Positions 1-6,670 of a stretch of 34,575 bases of DNA are shown here, piece after piece (positions within the stretch are counted from its first letter, which is position 1; the number at the start of each line of letters is the position of its first letter). A program made the translations under genes and the position numbers. Origin of the DNA: Candidatus Limnocylindrus sp. (lineage in GTDB: Bacteria; Chloroflexota; Limnocylindria; Limnocylindrales; Limnocylindraceae); NCBI GenBank assembly GCA_044236365.1, contig JBIIGQ010000092.1:1-34575 (forward strand). The letters run 5' to 3'. The notes beneath the pieces were generated by a model. It was not told the DNA's origin, did not search any database, and worked only from the letters and a program-made list of their open reading frames with translations.

Positions 1-393
1 GGAGGGGTCGCCATCTACGCAAAGGACGGGTACTACGGCTACTGCATGGTCCGGGTGGACGGCGACTCCGTCGAAGCGGGGATCCGTATCTCGGGGAACA
101 CCTCAGAGTTGAAGGCGTTCGTCGAGGCGTACGGCAGCACCGAGTATGCAGACCAGACGGTGAGCATCATCGTCGGTAACGCCCCCGAGGGTGCCGTCAG
201 CGTCGAGGTCGTCGGACTCGACGGCGTGAGCGCGACAGTCGTCGAGGGTCGATACGGACTCTGGCTGCCGCAGTCGCTTGCCGACAGCGCCACCGAGCTG
301 GTCGCCCGGGACGCGAACGGCGCGGAGCTGCTCCGCGCGACGATTGGAGGCGAGGTCAAGTCCCTGCCGACAATGGAGCCGACGCGGCCGTAG
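1..393 (+). CDS. hypothetical protein, 5'-truncated by the window edge; probable cargo of the integrated element
   Basis: Frame is open from base 1 (GGVAIYAKDGYYGYCMVRVDG...) to TAG at 391-393; strongly G/C-ending codons; followed by a terminator-like hairpin. Confidence 0.75.
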   Translation, partial: GGVAIYAKDGYYGYCMVRVDGDSVEAGIRISGNTSELKAFVEAYGSTEYADQTVSIIVGNAPEGAVSVEVVGLDGVSATVVEGRYGLWLPQSLADSATELVARDANGAELLRATIGGEVKSLPTMEPTRP

Positions 394-413
394 CACACCG
401 ATCTTGGATTCGT

Positions 414-450
414 CGACGGCCCCGCGGCGACGCGGGGCCGTCGTGTTGCT
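414..450 (+). terminator. intrinsic terminator-like hairpin
   Basis: Perfect 13-bp stem CGACGGCCCCGCG (414-426) / CGCGGGGCCGTCG (431-443), GCGA tetraloop, weak TGTTGCT tail, 20 nt after a stop codon. Confidence 0.75.
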
Positions 451-490
451 GCAGTGCACGCCGTTATGGTGCAGCTGATCCCCTCATGAG

Positions 491-520
491 CGTTGGGCAA
501 TCTGTTGGGTACGTTGGGTA
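491..520. repeat. three short direct repeats (YGTTGGGYA), putative integrase arm-type sites
   Basis: CGTTGGGCA, TGTTGGGTA, CGTTGGGTA; GTTGGG cores at 492, 504 and 513. Confidence 0.55.
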
Positions 521-582
521 GAAATCCTTGTTGATCTGCTGTATCTGTGCACAAAAGTGGCTAAAACTGCGCTCGCTGTCTC

Positions 583-619
583 TTACGAAACAGCTGCTCT
601 ACCACTGAGCTACATCGGC
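583..619 (-). tRNA. tRNA-Thr(CGT), 5' half only (disrupted)
   Basis: Minus strand reads GCCGATG TA GCTC AGTGGTA GAGC A GCTGT TT-CGT-AA: acceptor 5' strand, D-arm, anticodon 5' stem and loop. No T-arm (GGTTCGA) or acceptor 3' strand follows in the window. Confidence 0.85.
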
Positions 620-630
620 GCCGGAGGGGG

Positions 631-636
631 ATTGTA
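631..636 (-). promoter_or_regulatory. -10 box of the tRNA-Thr promoter
   Basis: TACAAT 11 nt upstream of tRNA position 1, followed by a C-rich discriminator. Confidence 0.55.
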
Positions 637-664
637 GCGGAGCCACAACCACCCAGGTAGCCGG

Positions 665-1075
665 CTACGGCGCGGTCGGCGCCCCCGCGTCCACGAGATC
701 TGCGTACGCACCCCCGTCAATCACGTCGGTAAAGCCGAGGTTCTTCATGATCTCCACGGCCTGGCCCGAGCGGCTGCCACTGCGGCAGTAGACGAAATAC
801 GCTGCGCTCCGATCGTATGAGCCAATTTTGGCCTCAAACTCACCAGAGTTGAAGTCCAGGATAGTAGCGCCAGCAACGATGCCTGAGGCGGCCTCGCCTG
901 CACTACGGACGTCAATAACAGTTCGCTGATCAATCACGGTAACGGCCTCCTTCGCTCCGAGCTTGCGGATCCCGATTCCGGTCGCGCTCCCGCCACTGCA
1001 AGCAGCAGCAATGAGCACCGCAGACAACGTGAGCAGTACAACCTTGGTCAATCGATGCGTTCGGATCATATTCAC
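665..1075 (-). CDS. rhodanese-like sulfurtransferase, predicted lipoprotein
   Basis: Signal peptide with lipobox-like LIAAAC; IDVR motif; active-site loop YCRSGSRS; AGGAGG upstream (start GTG 1075 or ATG 1069). Confidence 0.88.
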   Translation of the reverse strand: MNMIRTHRLTKVVLLTLSAVLIAAACSGGSATGIGIRKLGAKEAVTVIDQRTVIDVRSAGEAASGIVAGATILDFNSGEFEAKIGSYDRSAAYFVYCRSGSRSGQAVEIMKNLGFTDVIDGGAYADLVDAGAPTAP

Positions 1076-1096
1076 ACTCTCCTCCTATCCATAGAG

Positions 1097-1291
1097 CTAT
1101 TCGCCACCAAACAAACGAGAGAGGAACCCTCTCTCTTTGGTGCTTGTCACTGTTGGGCGGGCCTGGCTTGCCTCAGCTCGGCAGCGGCAGCGCTCGGCCT
1201 TTGGCACACCCTTCAGGGCCTGGTCAATATGTTGGCCACAACCGGACCAGGTCGGCTTCTTGCAGGTTCCGCACGTTACTTTTGAGCACAT
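1097..1291 (-). CDS. 64-aa Cys-rich hypothetical protein
   Basis: AAAGGAGG SD before ATG 1291; MCSKVTCGTCKKPTWSGCGQHIDQALKGVPKAERCRC... (6 Cys plus His); fills the gap between two same-strand genes. Confidence 0.8.
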   Translation of the reverse strand: MCSKVTCGTCKKPTWSGCGQHIDQALKGVPKAERCRCRAEASQARPTVTSTKERGFLSRLFGGE

Positions 1292-1308
1292 GATGAGCCT
1301 CCTTTGGC

Positions 1309-1596
1309 CTATGCCAGCGTCAAGAAGAGTTTCTCTAGGCGCGCCGAAGCGTCCACTCCCCCTCGCCTCTTTTTGCTGCCGTCCAAAATGCACTCACGAA
1401 GGCTCGAAGAGATCATCGTGAAGGCTGCCGTATTGATCGCCTTGCTGACCGCTGCAAGCTGCGTGACAACCTCTTCGCAGTCACGCCCCTCTTCGATCAT
1501 GCGGGCAACAGCACCTAACTGACCATGCGCGCGGTTAACCCGCGCAAGGATCAATCGCTGATCTGCAGCTGCCGGAACGACGCTTTCCTTCACCAT
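1309..1596 (-). CDS. CsoR/RcnR-family repressor, CstR-like (persulfide-sensing)
   Basis: RVNRAHGQLGAVARMIEEGRDCEEVVTQLAAV family motif; two Cys (RDC, LREC) but no Cu-liganding His four residues before the second Cys; AAGGAG SD before ATG 1596. Confidence 0.88.
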   Translation of the reverse strand: MVKESVVPAAADQRLILARVNRAHGQLGAVARMIEEGRDCEEVVTQLAAVSKAINTAAFTMISSSLRECILDGSKKRRGGVDASARLEKLFLTLA

Positions 1597-1644
1597 GTTC
1601 ACTCCTTACTTCGGACGTTTTGACGACCGATGGCGGGAGATTAG

Positions 1645-1662
1645 CATACCCCCTGGGGTATG
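1645..1662. promoter_or_regulatory. CsoR-family operator palindrome
   Basis: CATACCCC-CT-GGGGTATG perfect inverted repeat with C/G tracts, between divergent genes and just upstream of TG-c-TACCGT (extended -10, 1663-1671). Confidence 0.85.
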
Positions 1663-1688
1663 TGCTACCGTATGCAAGTGGAGGGCTC

Positions 1689-3092
1689 ATGAACCTGAAA
1701 GTCATCGCGATCGACACCCCATCGCTTGGTGATCGCTCCTACCTCGTACACGACGGCGCGCAGGCCCTGGTCGTTGATCCGCAGCGCGACATTGACCGAG
1801 TCCAACTACTCGCGGAGCAAGAGGGCGTCACTATTGCCGCCGTTGCCGAAACCCACATGCACAACGACTACGTCAGCGGTGGCTTGGAGCTGGCTCGGCT
1901 GTACGGTGCGCATTACCTCGTCAGCGCCGAGGATCCGGTGCGATTCACTCGCCGTGAAATGCGCGACGGCGATGTTGTCAGTGTTGGCAGTTTCGGGGTC
2001 CAAGCTCTCCATACTCCTGGACACACGTTCACGCATCTATCTTTCTCGCTACTTGCCGCCAACGGCGAGACACAGGGAGTTTTCACCGGTGGCTCGCTGC
2101 TCCACGGTTCAACTGGCCGCCCCGATCTACTTGGCCCTGAACATGCACCTACGTTAGCGGGGCTACAGCACGGCTCTGCACGTCGACTCAGTGAGCTGCT
2201 TGAAGCAAAGACGTCAATCTATCCAACTCATGGCTTCGGATCGTTCTGTGCGGCAACGCCAACGAGTGGCACCGCGTCAACCATCGAAGACGAGCGCCGC
2301 GTGAATCCAGCTTTACTCTTGCAGCGAGAGCAGTTCATCAAGGAAACACTCGCTGGCCTAGATGCATTTCCTGCCTACTATCGTCATATGGGACCCGCAA
2401 ATCTTGCCGGACCCTCTTCCGTTGATCTAACGGCGCTTCCTGCTGCAGATCGTGCATCTGTCGAGCGCGCAATTGCCTCTGGGGCTTGGGCCGTGGATGT
2501 GCGACCGCGTGCGCAATGGTGCAGTGGGCATATTCCTGGAAGCATCCCATTCGGCACAGATGGTTCCATGGCTACGTATCTTGGATGGATCTTTCCATAC
2601 GAGCGCCAACTTCTGCTCGTCAGCGATTCAGCTCAGCAGGTTGCGGTCGCACAGCGTGAGCTGGTACGCATTGGCATCGACCGTCCAGCGGCGGCGATGG
2701 TTGCCCCGCGCGAACAACTTGATGGTCGTTCAGCCAGGCGGGTGACCTTCAGCGAAGTTGCCGCGGTGCTGAGCGATCCCGGCAAACTCGTCCTTGACGT
2801 TCGTCGCAACAGCGAGCGTGAGGGTTCGCACGTGCTGGGAACGCACCACATTCCACTGCACGAGTTGGAGCGGCGGGTGGAGGAGATCCCGCCCCACAGT
2901 GAAATCTGGGTGCACTGTGCTGGCGCGTATCGCGCTGCGGCCGCTGTAGGGATCTTGGAGCGCTCTGGGCGCACGGCGGTGCTCATTGACGAGCCATATA
3001 GCGCAGCACTTGGGGCGACCGGTCTCACGATTGTTCGTGGCACCTCAGATCACACGCCCGTTGCCCCATCAGACAAACCAGCAAACCCTTAA
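1689..3092 (+). CDS. MBL-fold persulfide dioxygenase fused to two rhodanese domains (CstB-like)
   Basis: ETHMHNDY, HTPGHT, GRPDL and YPTHG motifs; Cys-less middle rhodanese domain; C-terminal HCAGAYRA; GGAGG SD before ATG 1689. Confidence 0.9.
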   Translation: MNLKVIAIDTPSLGDRSYLVHDGAQALVVDPQRDIDRVQLLAEQEGVTIAAVAETHMHNDYVSGGLELARLYGAHYLVSAEDPVRFTRREMRDGDVVSVGSFGVQALHTPGHTFTHLSFSLLAANGETQGVFTGGSLLHGSTGRPDLLGPEHAPTLAGLQHGSARRLSELLEAKTSIYPTHGFGSFCAATPTSGTASTIEDERRVNPALLLQREQFIKETLAGLDAFPAYYRHMGPANLAGPSSVDLTALPAADRASVERAIASGAWAVDVRPRAQWCSGHIPGSIPFGTDGSMATYLGWIFPYERQLLLVSDSAQQVAVAQRELVRIGIDRPAAAMVAPREQLDGRSARRVTFSEVAAVLSDPGKLVLDVRRNSEREGSHVLGTHHIPLHELERRVEEIPPHSEIWVHCAGAYRAAAAVGILERSGRTAVLIDEPYSAALGATGLTIVRGTSDHTPVAPSDKPANP

Positions 3093-3099
3093 CGCCACC

Positions 3100-3831
3100 G
3101 TGCCACTCGTTGGGCTCGTTGCACTCGGCATCACAATCGGTGCGCTTGTTGGGTTGATTGGCGCCGGTGGTTCTATTTTGGCCGTTCCTGGCTTGATCGC
3201 CGTGCTTGGTCTCCCCATGAACGAGGCGACCCTTTCTGGAGCAGTAATCGTTGGCAGCGCGTCGGTAGCGGGGCTCATTCGGCGCCGAACTACCGAGTCA
3301 GTCAACGTTCGTGCTGGGGTGGTTTTCAGTGCGACCGGCCTTCTCGGTGCGATTGTCGGAGTTCGCCTTGCGACGCTGATCGACGAGCGCATCGTTGTGT
3401 ATGCCTTCTCCCTCGTTGTGCTTGCTGCAGCCGCTTCTATGTGGCGTTCGGTGCCCCCCAACGGAAAAGTTTGGGGCGGACGATGGCGAACGGTTCTCAT
3501 CGCATCTGGGGCGGGGGCGCTCACCGGCCTTTTCGGAATAGGGGGTGGGTTCATGATCGTGCCCGCGTTAGTGCTCGGCATGGGCCTCTCTGTTCGTGAA
3601 GCCTCTGGAGCATCTCTTGTAGCGATCAGCTTGAACTCGGCAGTCGTGCTGCTTCTGCGCGCCGACCAATGGGGCACGTTGCAGCTCGGCCCCGTTGGGC
3701 TAGTCGCGGCGTTGGCTATTGGTACCGCGTTCCTCATTACACCGCTCGCCGAACGAATCCCAGCAGGAGCACTTCGTCGAGGCTTCGCTGTTTTCCTGAT
3801 TGGGGTTGCAATCGTTCTAGTTGCCCAATAG
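3100..3831 (+). CDS. TauE/SafE family sulfite exporter
   Basis: Duplicated GLIGAGGSILAVP / GLFGIGGGFMIVP motifs, about 8 TM segments; start (GTG 3100) uncertain. Confidence 0.88.
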   Translation: MPLVGLVALGITIGALVGLIGAGGSILAVPGLIAVLGLPMNEATLSGAVIVGSASVAGLIRRRTTESVNVRAGVVFSATGLLGAIVGVRLATLIDERIVVYAFSLVVLAAAASMWRSVPPNGKVWGGRWRTVLIASGAGALTGLFGIGGGFMIVPALVLGMGLSVREASGASLVAISLNSAVVLLLRADQWGTLQLGPVGLVAALAIGTAFLITPLAERIPAGALRRGFAVFLIGVAIVLVAQ

Positions 3832-3915
3832 GGGGCGTGCACTCACCACCTGCTGCCCTACTACTGAACCGCATCATCTCACCGAAGGAGTTTGGAGCGG
3901 AGTGGTCTGCCTGGG

Positions 3916-4509
3916 TCAGCGGGTGATCTCGAGGCTCCGCATAACTCCGTCAAGCACCTGCGTGACGATCAGCTTGCGGTCGCCCGGCGCGGTTGCTGGG
4001 AGAGGCGAAGGAAGCAGCGTTGAAACGCCATGCACCGACGACCACGCGACCACCTCAGCGCCGCTGCGGCGCGACCTTGGCATTGCACCTGTGGCTACCA
4101 GGGCGTCAAGCGATTCAGCCAAGATTGCCCATGCCGACGGGTTGTCTTCGCGAGATGGTGGCGCGCACTCTGCGAAGGCGGCGGCGTAGAGGCGCGGTTC
4201 GCTCAGCGCGAAGTCAATGTATGCCGCACCAATCGCACGGAAACGCGCAGCCGCTCGCGCCTTAGTTAATGCGCGCGTTGTGGGCTGCGCCATTGACCGA
4301 GCGAGTTGCTCGCGGGCCGCTTGAGAAATAGCGGCGCGGAGCTGGTCCTTATCGGCGAAGTGGCGATAGATCGCCGAAGGGGCAACGCCAACCGCGCCGG
4401 CTAGCTCTCGCCCGCTCACGGCGTCGAACCCGCGCTGGCGCACGCGACGAAGGCCCGCCGCAATCACCGCGTTCGCTAGATCTCCGTGGTGATACACCCT
4501 TGAGCTCAT
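3916..4509 (-). CDS. TetR/AcrR family regulator (WHG-type C-terminal domain)
   Basis: YHHGDL N-terminus, GVAPSAIYRHF HTH, WSSVHG motif. Confidence 0.9.
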   Translation of the reverse strand: MSSRVYHHGDLANAVIAAGLRRVRQRGFDAVSGRELAGAVGVAPSAIYRHFADKDQLRAAISQAAREQLARSMAQPTTRALTKARAAARFRAIGAAYIDFALSEPRLYAAAFAECAPPSREDNPSAWAILAESLDALVATGAMPRSRRSGAEVVAWSSVHGVSTLLPSPLPATAPGDRKLIVTQVLDGVMRSLEITR

Positions 4510-4528
4510 TCCCCTCCCTGGAGCAGTC

Positions 4529-4562
4529 TTGACACGCCTTTAATGTGATCACTATACACATT
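4529..4562 (+). promoter_or_regulatory. sigma70-type promoter overlapped by a putative TetR operator
   Basis: TTGACA (4529-4534), 18 nt, TATACA; inverted repeat AATGTG-N9-CACATT (4542-4562). Confidence 0.65.
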
Positions 4563-4662
4563 GGCAGGCGCGACCCACTAGCCATGCTCGGGGCCGTCGC
4601 CCGAAAGGTAGGGGCCGCATGACGGCAAAATGGGGTCTCCAGAGAGAAAGTGAGGAGAAGGC

Positions 4663-5073
4663 ATGAGCGACGAAACAAGAATCATGGTTGGACTGGCATT
4701 CATTTCGCTCCCGACGATCGCGTTCGGTGGGCACTTCCTGCTCTCAATCCTGAAGCGAGCCGCAGGCACAGAAGGCATCACCGAAACGCAGCGCGACTAT
4801 TTCCGTGCAGGGCATGCGCATGCTGGCGTGCTGGTCTTGCTCGGGATTGTCAGTCAACTGTTTCTCGATGAGTCGAAACTCGACGAGGCGATCGTCTGGG
4901 CTCTGCGGATCGGCTTGTTTGCCGCACCACTGTTGATCTCCGGTGGGTTCTTCGGTGGGGCCCCTGGAACGACGCGCGGCGCTGCGGGACCACTTGTGCG
5001 ACTTGTCACGGCTGGTGCGGTGGTGCTGAGTCTTTCGACGATTGGGGTCGGCATCAGTTTGATTGTCAACTAA
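4663..5073 (+). CDS. conserved-looking 4-TM membrane protein with RAGHAHAG motif
   Basis: GAGGAG SD; four hydrophobic segments; 3 nt from the next gene. Confidence 0.8.
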   Translation: MSDETRIMVGLAFISLPTIAFGGHFLLSILKRAAGTEGITETQRDYFRAGHAHAGVLVLLGIVSQLFLDESKLDEAIVWALRIGLFAAPLLISGGFFGGAPGTTRGAAGPLVRLVTAGAVVLSLSTIGVGISLIVN

Positions 5074-5076
5074 CCA

Positions 5077-5553
5077 ATGGCTAAGCACCTTCCTACTCGC
5101 ACCATGGCCGACGTCAAGGAGCCGCTCGTGCTCTTCCTGATCGGCATGCGCGTCAATACGCTCTGGCGCGTGTGGGAGTGGCTGCCGTCATTCCTGGCGA
5201 TGGGGCCAATGATCGTGGAGCTCTACAAGAACCCCGAACTCGGTTTCTTGAGCGCCCGCACCGAGATGGCTGGCCGAACGATCACGGTGATCCAGTACTG
5301 GAAGTCGTTCGAAGCGCTCGAGGCGTACGCCGCGAACAGCGAGCGCAAGCACCGCCCAGCGTGGACCGCCTTCTACAAGCGTGCAACCAGCGGCACCGGC
5401 GCCGTGGGCATTTATCACGAGACCTATGTGATTCGCCCAGGCGAGGTGGAGTCGCTCTATGTCGACATGCCCTCCGGTTTCGGGCTCGGTGGTGCGGTAG
5501 GCAGCGTTCCTGTTGGCCCACGCACGGAGTCGGCGAGAGAGCGCAAGGGGTAG
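5077..5553 (+). CDS. DUF4188 family protein (monooxygenase/aldoxime dehydratase-like fold)
   Basis: VLFLIGMRVN, IQYWKSFEALEAYA, HRPAW, VGIYHETY motifs. Confidence 0.85.
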   Translation: MAKHLPTRTMADVKEPLVLFLIGMRVNTLWRVWEWLPSFLAMGPMIVELYKNPELGFLSARTEMAGRTITVIQYWKSFEALEAYAANSERKHRPAWTAFYKRATSGTGAVGIYHETYVIRPGEVESLYVDMPSGFGLGGAVGSVPVGPRTESARERKG

Positions 5554-5574
5554 GGCAACCACTCCTTCTAGGGT

Positions 5575-5615
5575 GTTGTATTCCTAAAACACCCGTGCTA
5601 TTGTACTAATACAAC
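5575..5615 (+). promoter_or_regulatory. promoter with two tandem palindromic operators (GTTGTA-N4-TACAAC), probably bound by the XRE protein
   Basis: GTTGTA-TTCC-TAAAAC (5575-5590) and ATTGTA-CTAA-TACAAC (5600-5615) overlap -35 TTGTAT and extended -10 TG-c-TATTGT (17-nt spacer). Confidence 0.65.
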
Positions 5616-5648
5616 AGCCCGCTGGGCTGGGTAGTGCAGGAGAGCATC

Positions 5649-6425
5649 ATGCTTGAGCAGTGGGTTCCATTCGCCACGATCACGTTTATCGTGCTGACGA
5701 GCTTCATCACCAATGTGGCGCTTGGATCACGAGTCGCCGATTGGACAAACAGTGCGCCGATCGAGGTCAACACCCCCTGGAAGCGGCCACGCATCCTTGC
5801 TGGGAAGAGCCTTGTAGTGCTCTGGTTCGCCACCGCGCTCTTGTACATCGCCACGCTGCCTGGCGCAATCGTCGTAGACGGGGGCGCAATCGTCGTAGAC
5901 GGGGTCGTTCTTCAGATTTCGTCGCTTCCGGCACTCCTCCTTTTGGCCGTGCTGACGGTTGCGGTGGTCACATACAAGCGTTCTCTTGCGCAACAGCCAA
6001 ACATCCAGCTAGATGAGCGCGAGCGTGGGGTTCGCGACACCCTCTACCTAACCTCCTATCGAATCGCAGTCAGCATCCTTGTTGGAATCTTCGTTGCAGG
6101 ATTCATAGCGAAGTTCATCGCTGGTCTAGAGATCAACCTTGATCAGATTCCTACCGACACTGCTCTTGGAATTGCGGTAACGGCCGCCATGTTCTTCTGG
6201 GTGCTGCCGAGCCTTGTGCATGCATGGACCGATCCCATCCCTGACGAGGTCAGTGAAGAGACGCGCGATGCCTGGAAAACGGCAAAGCGAGAGATCGCGG
6301 AGGAGATCGCCGAGATTCGTAAGGGCATTCCTAAGTCTAAGAAGGTCGCTCAGGCGGAGCTACGAAAGGCAGAGCGCTATCTCGACGGCACCCTTGCTCG
6401 CAAGAAGCCTCGGAAGCGTTCGTGA
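5649..6425 (+). CDS. hypothetical membrane protein with LDERE motif
   Basis: About 5 TM segments, QLDERE motif often seen next to XRE regulators, basic C-terminal tail; AGGAG SD; GTGA overlap with the next gene. Confidence 0.75.
   Translation: MLEQWVPFATITFIVLTSFITNVALGSRVADWTNSAPIEVNTPWKRPRILAGKSLVVLWFATALLYIATLPGAIVVDGGAIVVDGVVLQISSLPALLLLAVLTVAVVTYKRSLAQQPNIQLDERERGVRDTLYLTSYRIAVSILVGIFVAGFIAKFIAGLEINLDQIPTDTALGIAVTAAMFFWVLPSLVHAWTDPIPDEVSEETRDAWKTAKREIAEEIAEIRKGIPKSKKVAQAELRKAERYLDGTLARKKPRKRS
5862..5903 (+). repeat. exact 21-bp in-frame tandem duplication
   Basis: GGCGCAATCGTCGTAGACGGG x2, encoding GAIVVDG twice. Confidence 0.95.
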
Positions 6426-6670
6426 CCGGCAGAAAGTCGAGCGAGGATGCGCCGATCCCTAACCGCATCGCCGAGCTACGAGAGAAGGCCAAGTTGAGCC
6501 GTGTGGAGCTCGCCGAGCGCGTTGGGGTCAACTCCCAAACGATCGGTTATCTGGAGCGCGGCGAGTACAACCCCTCGCTTGCCCTCGCGTTCCGGTTCTC
6601 TGAGCTCTTCGGACTCCCAGTCGAGAAGATCTTTGTGCGCAAGGAGAAGAAGAAAGGAAAAACATCGTGA
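6422..6670 (+). CDS. XRE/Cro-C1 HTH regulator
   Basis: NRIAELR...LAERVGVNSQTIGYLERGEYNPSLALA. Confidence 0.92.
   Translation: MTGRKSSEDAPIPNRIAELREKAKLSRVELAERVGVNSQTIGYLERGEYNPSLALAFRFSELFGLPVEKIFVRKEKKKGKTS

Larger units (their letters stand above)
1..589. mobile_element. right end (att junction) of a putative integrative element inserted in tRNA-Thr(CGT)
   Basis: tRNA similarity stops right after the 7-nt anticodon loop; three GTTGGG direct repeats lie about 65-90 bp inside; no integrase in the window. Confidence 0.55.

Noticed and set aside
491-520. CRISPR-like repeats
   Set aside because: Repeats are 9 bp with gaps of 0-3 bp; no spacers and no cas genes in the window.
394-582. Group I intron in the tRNA anticodon loop (the junction hairpin resembles P1)
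   Set aside because: No recognisable P7/core motifs and no 3' exon; an opposite-strand gene and terminator follow instead.
1678-1692. 4-codon ORF GTG-GAG-GGC-TCA-TGA 6 nt after the -10 box
   Set aside because: More simply an 11-nt leader containing the GGAGG SD of the MBL gene.
4590-4640. c-di-GMP or c-di-AMP riboswitch (CCGAAAGG, GCAAA)
   Set aside because: The remaining consensus elements and their order do not match.
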